A DNA stretch of 32,000 bases from Wigglesworthia glossinidia endosymbiont of Glossina morsitans morsitans (Yale colony) (lineage in GTDB: Bacteria; Pseudomonadota; Gammaproteobacteria; Enterobacterales; Enterobacteriaceae), in contig NC_016893.1 of NCBI RefSeq assembly GCF_000247565.1, positions 600,001-632,000 of the forward strand. Reading direction: 5' to 3'. The translations under genes were made by a program, and so were the position numbers. Position 1 is the first letter of the stretch, and each line of letters starts with the position of its first letter. The notes beneath the pieces were generated by a model. The model ran no database searches and was not told the origin of the DNA. It saw only the letters and a list, made by a program, of their open reading frames with translations. Positions 21,354-31,621 of the stretch are shown one piece after another.

Positions 21354-22589
21354 TTATCGTAAAATTAATTCATTTCTGATGTTATTTCTTTTTGTATTTA
21401 AGTTTTTTTTGTAGTTCTGAGACGTTTCAAGATTTTCTTGGTCGTTTTTATTATTCGTTTCATTTCGATTTTGATAAAAATTATCAGAATTTAAATTTTG
21501 TGTGGAATTTTTAAATTCAGAAGATTTAAGCAACTGATCTAATGGAAATAAAAGTAAATTATGATTATTAGTTTGCGAATTATAAATAAAAAGTTTTTTA
21601 TTTTTACTTAAAATACGTTCCATAGTATCAATATATAACCTTTCTCTTGTTATTTTAGGAGCTATTTTATATTCTGGTAGAACTTTTGTAAATCTTTGTA
21701 CTTCTCCTTGTGCTTCTAGGATAGTGCGAGCTTTATACGCTCTTCCTTCTTCTAAAATACGTTGCGCTTTTCCATTTGCTTGCGGCTGCACTTCGTTTGC
21801 ATAAGCTTCTGCTTCTCTAATATATTGTTGCTCATTTTCACGTGCAGCAATTGCATCGTCAAAAGCTGCTTTTACTTCTTCGGGAGGTCTAGCTGTTTGA
21901 AAGTTTACATCTAATAGTTCAATTCCCATGTTATATGGTTGGATAGTTTCTTCTAGTATTTTTTGTGTATCACTACGTACTAGTGTGCGTCCTTCCGTCA
22001 GGATACGATCCATAGTATATTTTCCGATAACTCCACGCAGTGCACTATCGGTAGCTTGACGTAAGCTATTATCTGCATTAGTTACACTAAACAAATAATT
22101 TTTAGGATGAATTACTTTATATTGCACATTCATTTCTACTCTAACTACATTTTCATCGGAAGTTAACATAATTCCAGATGCAGCTAATTCTCTAACGGAC
22201 TCTACATTTACTGGATATATTGTATCAATAAAACTTGGTTTCCAGTTTAAACCTGGTTGCACGATATGATGGAATTTTCCCAATCTAAGAATTACTCCTC
22301 TTTCTGCTTCTTTAATAGTATAAAATCCACTACTTATCCATGTAATCAAAATAAATATTAATACAAATCCAATATAAAATTTTGGATTTTTTTTTGTTTT
22401 GTTTGTAATATTTTTCTTTTTAAATTTGTTAAACTTTTTGCTTAATTTTCGAAAAATATCATCAAGATCTGGAGGTAATGCATCATATTCATTAACTTTT
22501 TTATCTTTGCAATCAGAATATTTCTGATCTTTTTTCCAAGGATCATTGTATTGACTGATATTATTTTTATATGTCATATTATGTTCCAT
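21354..22589 (-). CDS. hflK: HflK, SPFH-domain regulator of FtsH
   Basis: 411 aa with ALPPDLDDIFRKLSKKF, FYTIKEAERGVILRLGKF, GLNWKPSFIDTIYPVNVESVRELAASGIMLTSDENVVRVEMNVQY, VNFQTARPPEEVKAAFDDAIAARENEQQYIREAEAYANEV. The true start may be Met5 (22577). Confidence 0.97.
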   Translation of the reverse strand: MEHNMTYKNNISQYNDPWKKDQKYSDCKDKKVNEYDALPPDLDDIFRKLSKKFNKFKKKNITNKTKKNPKFYIGFVLIFILITWISSGFYTIKEAERGVILRLGKFHHIVQPGLNWKPSFIDTIYPVNVESVRELAASGIMLTSDENVVRVEMNVQYKVIHPKNYLFSVTNADNSLRQATDSALRGVIGKYTMDRILTEGRTLVRSDTQKILEETIQPYNMGIELLDVNFQTARPPEEVKAAFDDAIAARENEQQYIREAEAYANEVQPQANGKAQRILEEGRAYKARTILEAQGEVQRFTKVLPEYKIAPKITRERLYIDTMERILSKNKKLFIYNSQTNNHNLLLFPLDQLLKSSEFKNSTQNLNSDNFYQNRNETNNKNDQENLETSQNYKKNLNTKRNNIRNELILR

Positions 22590-23012
22590 GTTTTACTCAT
22601 ATAGAAATTTTTTAAGATTTTTATGGTTTAAAAAAATTTTTATATTAAATAATATTAATATTTAAATATTATGCGCAACTTAAATCAATGTAATTAAGAA
22701 TAAAAAATATATGTTTATTTTCATGAATACTATCGTGAATATATAAAAAAATTTTTTTATTTTTAATTTTTCTAAATTAATAAATTTTGAAAAGTTTTAA
22801 TTCATTTTTTATAAAAAAATAAATAATTAAATAAAATCATGAAATTTATATCATATTATAGTTGTATAAATTTTTAAACAAAATTTTCTAATAGAACAAC
22901 TCGTTAATACCCAAAAAAATAAATAAGTAAAATATATATAAATATATATTAATAATTTTTTTAAAAAAATTAATTCATTAAAATAACTACATACTAATAA
23001 ATAAAAATTTTT

Positions 23013-23303
23013 TTATTTATTAATAAAATCTTTACTTGAAGATTTCGATGTACATACGTAATTTATATTGCGACATAAATCAGAAGTAGTTTCTTGCTTT
23101 TTTACATTGTTTGGTACAACTGTAGAGATAGCATGTTTATATATCATTTGGCTAATACTATTTTTTAATAAAATTACAAATTGATCAAACGATTCAATAT
23201 GACCTTGAAGTTTAATACCGTTTACTAAATAAATAGAAACCGGAATACGTTCGCGTCGTAAAGTATTTAAAAAAGGATCTTGTAAAGATTGTCCTTTAGA
23301 CAT
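23013..23303 (-). CDS. hfq: RNA chaperone Hfq
   Basis: 96 aa; the Sm core [64 protein letters not shown] is almost identical to the enterobacterial protein. Confidence 0.99.
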   Translation of the reverse strand: MSKGQSLQDPFLNTLRRERIPVSIYLVNGIKLQGHIESFDQFVILLKNSISQMIYKHAISTVVPNNVKKQETTSDLCRNINYVCTSKSSSKDFINK

Positions 23304-23387
23304 GTTTATTTCCCAATAAAATATTATAAAAATATATCTAATACATTTCTATGAAAAAATTTTTAAAATCAAGTATGATTTGAAAAA

Positions 23388-24335
23388 TTATTTTTTCTTA
23401 AAAAGATCATATATTTTTTCCGCAGCAAAAGCACTAGTATAAGTATTAATAATATAGCATGATTTTTTCCATTTACTTAACCATGTAATTTGTTTTTTGG
23501 CAAGATTTTTCGTCGCTTTCAGCGTGAGATAAACCATATTTTCATAATTTATTTCTCCAGATAAATAATCCCACATTTGTCGATAACCAACACAGTTCAT
23601 TGAAGGTAAATTTTTATTTAGATTTTTTCTAAGTTTAAGATTATATACTTCTTGTTGAAAACCATTTTTGAGCATATTATAAAAACGATTTTCAATATTT
23701 TGATGTAAAATATTTTTTTTAGGTAATATAAAAAATTGACATACATCATATCGAAACTTTTTTTTTGGAAAATTAAACAATTCAGTAGGTGTAAACCCAG
23801 AAGCAATATATATTTCTAAAGCACGTATTAATCTTTGATGATCGTTGGGATGAATACGATATGAAGATTTTGGATCAACATTATTTAGTTTTCTATATAT
23901 ATAATCCCAACCAAATTTTTTAACTTTATTTTTTAAGTTATTGCGAATTTTTGGCGTATATGGAGGTAACGGCGATAATCCATAAAATAAACTGTAAAAA
24001 TATAACATACTTCCACCTACTAAAAGTGGTATACGACCATTTGAAATGATTTTATGCATTATTTTTAATGCATCATTTTTAAAATCTTTGATTGAATATC
24101 TTTCTGATGGATCACAAATATCAATTAAATGATATGGAGCATATCCCATCTCACTTAAAGAAGGTTTTGCAGTACCGATATTCATATCTCGATAAATACA
24201 TGCTGAATCTACGCTAATAATTTCAATTGGCAATTTTTTTTTGAGCTTTTCTGCTATTTCACTTTTACCTGAAGCTGTTGGACCCATAAGAAAAATAGCT
24301 TGAGGATATTTTTTAAGCTTTAAAGTCACATGCAT
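23388..24335 (-). CDS. miaA: tRNA dimethylallyltransferase
   Basis: 315 aa with IFLMGPTASGKSEIAEKL, EIISVDSACIYRDMNIGTAKPS, YHLIDICDPSERYSI, LVGGSMLYFYSLFYGLSPLP, NCVGYRQMWDYLSG, TKNLAKKQITWL. Confidence 0.97.
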   Translation of the reverse strand: MHVTLKLKKYPQAIFLMGPTASGKSEIAEKLKKKLPIEIISVDSACIYRDMNIGTAKPSLSEMGYAPYHLIDICDPSERYSIKDFKNDALKIMHKIISNGRIPLLVGGSMLYFYSLFYGLSPLPPYTPKIRNNLKNKVKKFGWDYIYRKLNNVDPKSSYRIHPNDHQRLIRALEIYIASGFTPTELFNFPKKKFRYDVCQFFILPKKNILHQNIENRFYNMLKNGFQQEVYNLKLRKNLNKNLPSMNCVGYRQMWDYLSGEINYENMVYLTLKATKNLAKKQITWLSKWKKSCYIINTYTSAFAAEKIYDLFKKK

Positions 24336-24750
24336 AAGTTAAATATCAACATAAAATGTTATATAATTGAATTAAAATATATTTTAATATATTTTATTAG
24401 TTTTTTTCAATATCATTTATATTTAAAGCATTAAATATAATTTTTTAACTGAATAATAAATATTTTAATTTTTTGTATTTAAATATACATTTTTTTAAAC
24501 AATGAAAAATATTTTTATTTTTGTATCAAATCTTAAAAAAAAGAAATTTACATGAATATATTTAATTGCAATATTATATTAATAATATTTTAAAATATAA
24601 AAAATATTTAGTTTAACAAAAATATTAAAATTTACTTATTTATGAAACAATTTCAAATGATTAATTCAAAAATTTTAAAACAAACTATGCTAATGTTTTA
24701 TATTTAAATACATATAATACTTTTTATTAATATAATACTTAAATTTTTTT

Positions 24751-26184
24751 ATGAATAAATATTTAGTATGGTTTCGAAATGATCTTAGAATACATGATAA
24801 TCCAGCTTTGCACTACGCATGTACAAATCCCGAAGCACTAGTATCCGGTGTTTTTGTTGCTACGCCTAAACAGTGGGAAAAACATTTTGTTGCAAATTGT
24901 CAAATTAATTTTATATATAAAAACTTATTAGAATTGAAAAAAAACTTACTCGAAATACAAATTGAATTAATTATACATACATGTAAAGATTTTATAGAAT
25001 CTGCAGATTGGATATTTAATTTTTGTCATAGAAATAAAATAAGTAAATTATATTTTAATCGTCAATACGAATATAATGAGAAAAAACGAGACAATTTAGT
25101 AAAATTAAAATTACACAATATTACTGAATGTATTACTTTTAATGGAAATTTACTTATTTCTCCAAAACAAATCATGACACAAAAAATAAAAAATTATCGA
25201 GTGTACAGACCTTTTTTAAAACGATGCACTAAAATTTTTTCTAAAAATATACTATATATTTTACCACCACCTAAAATACGCAAATATAGTACTATAAAAA
25301 ATAATTTATTAGAATTTGATAGATGTGAAATTTTCAACAATAAAAAATATAATTATTTTTTACCTGGAGAAAATTATGCGTTAAAAAAATTGAAAAAATT
25401 CGTAGATACAAAATTAAATAATTATCATATAAATAGAGATTTTTTTTCTATAAATTCTACAAGCCAATTATCTCCTTATCTAACCGTAGGAGCATTATCA
25501 GCAAGCAGATGCTTATATTTAATTAAAAAAAATAGCAAAAATTTTACTAACGAAAAAAATCCAGGTTTATTTAAATGGTATAGCGAATTAATATGGAGAG
25601 AATTTTACCAACATTTAATGATAGCGTACCCTTTTTTATCTATGTCTGAGCCATTTTTAAAATGGACAAATAAAATATGTTGGGAAAATAATCCTAAATA
25701 TATAAAAGCATGGAAAAATGGATCTACAGGATATCCAATTATTGATGCATCCATGCATCAACTAAAACAAACTGGCTGGTTGCACAATCGATTACGTATG
25801 ATCTCCGCAAGTTTTTTAGTTAAAAATTTGTTCGTAGATTGGAGGATTGGAGAAAAGTATTTTATTTCGCATTTAATTGACGGCAATTTATCTTCAAACA
25901 ACGGTGGTTGGCAATGGTCTGCATCAACAGGAACAGATTCAGCGCCTTACTTTCGAATATTTAATCCTATTCTGCAAGGAAAAAAATTTGATCATTATGG
26001 GAACTTTATACGATTTTGGATTCCAGAATTATCTGCAGTTCCAGATCATTGTATTCATTTTCCACATAACTGGGCAGTAGAAAATAATATTAAAATTCAT
26101 TATCCCGCTCCAATAGTACAATATAAAACTTCGTATATAAAATTTCGAACAGCATATTTATATGCTAAAAATAATTTAAAATAA
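24751..26184 (+). CDS. phrB: Deoxyribodipyrimidine photolyase
   Basis: 477 aa starting YLVWFRNDLRIHDNPALHYAC, with SPYLTVGALSASRCL, FKWYSELIWREFYQHLM, WKNGSTGYPIIDASMHQLKQTGWLHNRLRMISASFLVKNLFVDWRIGEKYF, NNGGWQWSASTGTDSAPYFRIFNPILQGKKFD. Confidence 0.97.
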   Translation: MNKYLVWFRNDLRIHDNPALHYACTNPEALVSGVFVATPKQWEKHFVANCQINFIYKNLLELKKNLLEIQIELIIHTCKDFIESADWIFNFCHRNKISKLYFNRQYEYNEKKRDNLVKLKLHNITECITFNGNLLISPKQIMTQKIKNYRVYRPFLKRCTKIFSKNILYILPPPKIRKYSTIKNNLLEFDRCEIFNNKKYNYFLPGENYALKKLKKFVDTKLNNYHINRDFFSINSTSQLSPYLTVGALSASRCLYLIKKNSKNFTNEKNPGLFKWYSELIWREFYQHLMIAYPFLSMSEPFLKWTNKICWENNPKYIKAWKNGSTGYPIIDASMHQLKQTGWLHNRLRMISASFLVKNLFVDWRIGEKYFISHLIDGNLSSNNGGWQWSASTGTDSAPYFRIFNPILQGKKFDHYGNFIRFWIPELSAVPDHCIHFPHNWAVENNIKIHYPAPIVQYKTSYIKFRTAYLYAKNNLK

Positions 26185-26325
26185 GTTTATATTCACATAA
26201 ATGTAAAAATTAATATGTTTTAAAAACTTAAATTAAATCATATACTAATAATGTGGAATGTAATACTATTTAAAATAGTATTTATTATTTATACAATAGA
26301 TATTAGAATTTTAAAAAGGTATTTT

Positions 26326-27534
26326 ATGTCAAAAGAACTAATACTAGTATTAAATTATGGCAGTTCTTCTATAAAATTTTCTATTATCCACCCAAATACA
26401 GAAACTAAATACATTTCTGGTATTGCCGAATGTTTAAACTTACCGGAAGCTTCAATTCAATGGAATACTGATCATGTTGCACATAAAAAAAGCTTAAAAA
26501 AATATTCTAATCACAATTACGCATTAAATTTTATTGTAAATGTAATTTTACCGCAAAAAAAAACAATATTGCAACAAATATGCGGCATAGGACATCGTAT
26601 CGTGCATGGCGGCAAAAAATGCACAAAATCTGTAATTATAAATGAAAAAATTTTAGAAAATATAAGAAATGCTATTCCTTTCGCTCCATTACATAATCCA
26701 GCACATTTAATAGGAATACAAGAATCTTTTAAAATATTTCCAAATCTTATAAAAAAGAATGTAGCTGTTTTTGATACAGCATTTCATCAAACTATGCCCG
26801 AAGAATCATATCTTTATGCTATTCCATATTCTTTTTATAAAAATTATGATATTCGTAGATATGGTGCTCATGGAATTAGTCATTATTACGTAAGTCATAA
26901 AGCTGCAGAAATTTTAGAAATTCCTATTGAAAAATCTAACTTTATTACATGTCATTTAGGAAACGGAGGATCTGTTGCTGCTATTTTGCACGGAAAATGT
27001 GTTGATACTTCTATGGGTTTAACACCATTAGAAGGTTTAGTTATGGGTACAAGATGTGGAGATATAGATCCAGCTATAATTTTTTATTTAAATGAAAAAT
27101 TTAATATTCCAATCAAAAATATTCGTAAAATTTTGTCTGAAAAATCTGGATTATTAGGTTTAACACAAACAAGTAGCGATTTTCGTTATGTTGAAAAAAA
27201 TTTTTTTTGTGATCCTATTGCTGAAAGAACTATGAAAATATACTGTCATCGTCTAACCAAATATATTGGTGCATACAGTACATTAATGAATAATAAATTA
27301 GACGGTATTGTTTTTACCGGAGGAATTGGAGAAAATGCATGTAATATGCGAGAATTATCAATTAAAAAGTTACAATTTTTAGGATTTTTTATCGATATAG
27401 AAAAAAATTTAACAATACGTTTAGGTAAATCAGGAATTATTACGAAAAAAAATAGTCGACCTGTATTAGTAATTCCAACGAATGAAGAGCTGGTGATCGC
27501 GCAAGAAACTTTTCGAATCACTGGAAAATTATAA
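26326..27534 (+). CDS. ackA: Acetate kinase
   Basis: Start chosen at [18 protein letters not shown]; the track ORF begins 25 codons earlier at 26251, a non-homologous extension. Contains [97 protein letters not shown]. Confidence 0.97.
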   Translation: MSKELILVLNYGSSSIKFSIIHPNTETKYISGIAECLNLPEASIQWNTDHVAHKKSLKKYSNHNYALNFIVNVILPQKKTILQQICGIGHRIVHGGKKCTKSVIINEKILENIRNAIPFAPLHNPAHLIGIQESFKIFPNLIKKNVAVFDTAFHQTMPEESYLYAIPYSFYKNYDIRRYGAHGISHYYVSHKAAEILEIPIEKSNFITCHLGNGGSVAAILHGKCVDTSMGLTPLEGLVMGTRCGDIDPAIIFYLNEKFNIPIKNIRKILSEKSGLLGLTQTSSDFRYVEKNFFCDPIAERTMKIYCHRLTKYIGAYSTLMNNKLDGIVFTGGIGENACNMRELSIKKLQFLGFFIDIEKNLTIRLGKSGIITKKNSRPVLVIPTNEELVIAQETFRITGKL

Positions 27535-27569
27535 TTAAAAAATATAATTTATGTGCTGGAGAAATATAT

Positions 27570-29696
27570 ATGTCTCGTACAATAATGCTTATTCCTACAG
27601 AAAAAAATATCGGACTGTCTCATGTATTTTCTGGAATTATGCATGCTATAAGTCAAGCAAGTATTCTTTACACTGTTTTTCGTCCTATTGATTATATTTA
27701 TGAGGATGAAAATAAATTTGATATTATTAAATATTCATCTAGCATTTATAATATATCGTATACTTCAATGCGATCACAATATTCTCTTAAAAATATAATT
27801 CAACTATTATGTTCTAATCAAAAACATATTTTAATGGAAAACATCATTGAAACTTTCTATCAACAACAAAAAAATAGCGCAATTACTTTAATACCCGGAA
27901 TTTCTATTCATAATAAATATTTTGATTTTATGCAATTAAATTGTGAAATCGCTAAAATGTTAAATGCTGATATTATTTTAATATCAAAATTTAATAAAAA
28001 TTATTTTGATTCTTTTGTAGAGTATATTGAGTTTATTAGTTTGCCATATGGTGGAACAAAAAATAAAAGAATTAAAGGAGTAATATTAAATCAAATTAAT
28101 TTTTTAAAAAATTCTAATATAAAAAAAGATTTAGATTGGATAAGATTATTAGAAGTTAATAAATATAAATATACAAAAAAAATTGATAAAAATTTAGAAA
28201 AATTAAAAGATAACAATTCTATTCCAATAATTGCTAAAATTCCATGGGACTCTAATTTAGATTTTATACGCTTATATAATTTAAAAAAATATTTTAACGC
28301 GAAAATTATTAACAATTATAGAAAAGATCTGATTATAAAATTCATTGCAATTTTTCAGAATTCTGAAAGATTTTTATATGCAAAATATTATAAAGAATCT
28401 TTATTAATTATATTAACAAACCAAATCAATAAAAATTTTTATAGCATTTTAGAAAAATTTCAAGCAATTTTATTAGTTGGTTCAGAAAATAATTATAAAA
28501 AAATCCAAAATATTTGTAATATAGCCGATAATAAAAAAATTATTTTACTTTCATTAGAAACAGACTACTTAAGTATTCTGAAAAAATTAAAATATCTAAA
28601 ATTGAAATACTTAAAAAGTAATCAAGATATTTTTGAAACAAATGCATACATTGCAAAATTTTTTGATAATACTTGGATTTCTTCTTTAAATACATCCTCA
28701 TATATACAAAAAATTGATTCTCCACAAATCTTTCAATACAATATATTACAATTAGCACGTAAAGAACTAAAAAATATTATTCTTCCAGAAGCTTGTGATC
28801 TCAGAATATTAAAAGCAGCGAATATATGTGCTAAAAAAAATATTGCTCGCTGCACATTATTAGGAGATCCTAAAAATATTCAACAAATAGCATACCAAAA
28901 TGGAATTGTGTTAGAAAAAAATATTCATATTGTTAATCCTTTAGATATACAAAAAAAATATATTCCTCGTATAATGAATTTAAGAAAAAAAAAAGAAATA
29001 TCCGAAAAAATTGCAATAAAACAACTAAAAAACAATATTATATTAGCTACGCTAATGTTAGATGCAGGAGTCGTTGATGGATTAGTTGCCGGAGCAATTA
29101 GTACTACTGCAGATACATTGAGGCCAGCTTTTCAATTTATTAAAACTACACAAAAAAATTCACTAATTTCTTCAATTTTTTTTATGTTACTACCAGAAAA
29201 AACTGTAATATACGGGGATTGCGCAATTAATGTAGATCCAAATGCTTACCAACTTGCTGAAATTGCAATACAATCTGCTAATTCTGCAATACAATTTGGC
29301 ATTGATCCAAAAATTGCTATGATTTCGTATTCTACTGGGTATTCAGGAACCGGTATAAGTGTAGAAAAAGTCAGACAAGCTACTTGTATAGTTAAATCGA
29401 AATATCCAGAATTTATTATTGATGGGCCATTGCAATATGATGCAGCTATGGTGCAAAAAATATCGCAATCTAAATCTCCACACTCTTGTATCTCTGGTAA
29501 TGCAACAGTATTAATTTTTCCAGATTTAAATACCGGAAATACAACATATAAAGCTGTACAAAGATCAGCTAATATTTCTTGTATAGGTCCAATATTACAA
29601 GGTATTCGAAAACCAGTAAATGATCTATCTAGAGGTGCAAGCGTCGAAGATATTATATATGTAATCGCTGTGACTGCAATTCAGTCTATGAAATAG
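27570..29696 (+). CDS. pta: Phosphate acetyltransferase (long form with N-terminal domain)
   Basis: 708 aa starting MSRTIMLIPTEKNIGLS, with NIILPEACDLRILKAANI, LLGDPKNIQQIA, LDAGVVDGLVAGAISTTADTLRPAFQFIK, DCAINVDPNAYQLAEIAIQSA, SYSTGYSG, IDGPLQYDAAM, GPILQGIRKPVNDLSRGASVEDI. Confidence 0.97.
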   Translation: MSRTIMLIPTEKNIGLSHVFSGIMHAISQASILYTVFRPIDYIYEDENKFDIIKYSSSIYNISYTSMRSQYSLKNIIQLLCSNQKHILMENIIETFYQQQKNSAITLIPGISIHNKYFDFMQLNCEIAKMLNADIILISKFNKNYFDSFVEYIEFISLPYGGTKNKRIKGVILNQINFLKNSNIKKDLDWIRLLEVNKYKYTKKIDKNLEKLKDNNSIPIIAKIPWDSNLDFIRLYNLKKYFNAKIINNYRKDLIIKFIAIFQNSERFLYAKYYKESLLIILTNQINKNFYSILEKFQAILLVGSENNYKKIQNICNIADNKKIILLSLETDYLSILKKLKYLKLKYLKSNQDIFETNAYIAKFFDNTWISSLNTSSYIQKIDSPQIFQYNILQLARKELKNIILPEACDLRILKAANICAKKNIARCTLLGDPKNIQQIAYQNGIVLEKNIHIVNPLDIQKKYIPRIMNLRKKKEISEKIAIKQLKNNIILATLMLDAGVVDGLVAGAISTTADTLRPAFQFIKTTQKNSLISSIFFMLLPEKTVIYGDCAINVDPNAYQLAEIAIQSANSAIQFGIDPKIAMISYSTGYSGTGISVEKVRQATCIVKSKYPEFIIDGPLQYDAAMVQKISQSKSPHSCISGNATVLIFPDLNTGNTTYKAVQRSANISCIGPILQGIRKPVNDLSRGASVEDIIYVIAVTAIQSMK

Positions 29697-29996
29697 TATA
29701 ATTATTATGGATTTATTGAAAATAAATACATACAAGTATATAGTAAGAATCACATAATGTATTAAATATTATTTAGATTTAATTTTTAAAATTATCTATC
29801 TAATATTTTTAAATATTTATTTTTTTATTTAATACTTTAATTTTTTTAAAACCTATTTAAATTTAAAATAAAATAAATCATATAATTTTAATTTTTAAAA
29901 ATACTTAAAATTTTTTTATAAAAGATTAAATGATAATGTAATAATTTTATTTTAAGAAAATTTCTAATAGTTTATTATTTGAGATTTAATAAAATT

Positions 29997-31277
29997 ATGA
30001 AAAAAAATATTGTTATTTTAGGTGCTCAATGGGGAGATGAAGGTAAAGGAAAAATTATTGATTTTTTATCTCAAAAAATACGATACGTAATTCGATGTCA
30101 AGGAGGAAATAATGCAGGACATACAATAGTAATTAAAAATAAAAAAATTGTTTTGCATCTTATACCTTCAAGCATTTTAAATAAAAAAACAATTAACATT
30201 ATTTCGAGCGGTGTAGTAGTATCTTTAGATGCTTTAGTATCAGAAATACGTATGTTAGAAAATAATCAAGTTGATTTGAAAAATAGAATTTTTATTTCAG
30301 CTTTATGTCCGTTAGTTCTACCATGCCATATTGCTATAGATATAGCGAGAGAAAAAAATAATAAAAATACAATACATATTGGTACTACAAAGTGTGGCAT
30401 TGGACCTGCCTATGAAGATAAAATTGCAAGGCGCGCTTTACGTATTAATGATTTGTTTAATGAAAAAAAATTAAAATATAAATTAAAAATTATTATGGAT
30501 TATTACAATTTTCAATTAGTAAATTATTACCGAGTTAATTCTATTAGTTATGAAGAAAATTTTGAAAGATTGATACAATATTCTAAAATTTTAAAATCTA
30601 TGATTATAGATATTCCGAATTTTTTAAAAATTGCTACAAAAAATCATGAATCTATTATGTTTGAAGGGGCTCAGGGTGCATTACTTGATATCGATTATGG
30701 AACGTATCCATATGTTACTTCTTCGAATACAACTATAGGAGGAATTATTTCTAGTACCGGATTTTCTCCTTTTAAGATTGATTCTATATTAGGAATATTA
30801 AAAGCATATTCTACTCGAGTAGGCAAAGGACCTTTTCCTACAGAAATATTTAATGAAATCAGTAATATTTTGTTAACAAAAGGAAAAGAATTTGGTTCTA
30901 CTACAGGGAGAAATCGGAGAATTGGTTGGTTTGATGTTGTAGCAGTAAAACGCTCTATACAGTTAAATTCTTTTTCAGAATTTTGTTTAACAAAAATCGA
31001 TGTACTTGATAATTTACAAGAACTAAAAATTTGTATTGCATATAAATTTCCAAAAAATTTTCAATTTAATAATATTAATTATTCAGAATATTGGAGTTAT
31101 GCGAAACCTATATATGAATCTATGCCAGGATGGAATAGCAAAACACATGGAATAAAAAAATTTGATAATCTTCCTGTGCTTGCTCAAAATTATATAAAAA
31201 GAATAGAAGATTTAATTAAAATTCCGATAAAAATGATTTCTACTGGATCAGAAAGAAACGACATAATTGTATTATAA
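29997..31277 (+). CDS. purA: Adenylosuccinate synthetase
   Basis: Likely start MKKNIVILGAQWGDEGKGKIID at 29997; the track ORF starts 6 codons upstream at 29979. Contains RCQGGNNAGHTI, GIGPAYEDKIARRALR, FEGAQGALLDIDYGTYPYVTSSNTTIGG, GKGPFPTE, NRRIGWFDVVAVKRS, LTKIDVLD. Confidence 0.97.
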   Translation: MKKNIVILGAQWGDEGKGKIIDFLSQKIRYVIRCQGGNNAGHTIVIKNKKIVLHLIPSSILNKKTINIISSGVVVSLDALVSEIRMLENNQVDLKNRIFISALCPLVLPCHIAIDIAREKNNKNTIHIGTTKCGIGPAYEDKIARRALRINDLFNEKKLKYKLKIIMDYYNFQLVNYYRVNSISYEENFERLIQYSKILKSMIIDIPNFLKIATKNHESIMFEGAQGALLDIDYGTYPYVTSSNTTIGGIISSTGFSPFKIDSILGILKAYSTRVGKGPFPTEIFNEISNILLTKGKEFGSTTGRNRRIGWFDVVAVKRSIQLNSFSEFCLTKIDVLDNLQELKICIAYKFPKNFQFNNINYSEYWSYAKPIYESMPGWNSKTHGIKKFDNLPVLAQNYIKRIEDLIKIPIKMISTGSERNDIIVL

Positions 31278-31621
31278 AATTAAATTTTTGAATGATTATA
31301 AAAATTAATTTAAACGGAATTTTTTTATTTAAAAAATTTGAATTGTTAATTTTTGAACTCAATATGTTTATATTAGTTGAAATTTAATATTAAATACAAT
31401 ATTTTAATCACTTAAAAAATTAAATGTGTATTAAAAGAAATAAATTTATTACTTAATAATTGTTAATTATTTTATTAAATTCATTTTTAAAAAAATTAAT
31501 ATCATGCAAGAAAAAAATACAAATGCATAATTTTAAATAAATTTATATACTAAATAGATAATCTTATATATCGTATATAAAATATTAATCTATGTTTTGA
31601 TAAAAATTTAAATATAAAAAT

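Noticed and set aside
23618-23806. Minus-strand ORF of 62 aa inside miaA
   Set aside because: Alternate-frame ORF fully within miaA with no recognisable family.
25877-26080. Plus-strand ORF of 67 aa inside phrB
   Set aside because: Alternate frame over the conserved FAD-binding region of photolyase; the phrB frame explains the conservation.
26251-26325. 25-codon N-terminal extension of the ackA ORF
   Set aside because: [25 protein letters not shown] has no counterpart in acetate kinase, and [15 protein letters not shown] is the expected start.
27246-27521. Minus-strand ORF of 91 aa inside ackA
   Set aside because: Antisense to conserved acetate kinase motifs; spurious.
28091-28758. Two minus-strand ORFs (74 and 72 aa) inside pta
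   Set aside because: Both lie antisense to the divergent, AT-rich N-terminal region of pta and have TM-like but low-complexity composition, which is common when poly-Lys/Asn codons are read in reverse.
29697-29996. Possible tRNA or small RNA gene between pta and purA
   Set aside because: No GGTTCRANNCC-type T-loop motif or cloverleaf-like pairing seen. Composition matches other decayed spacers.
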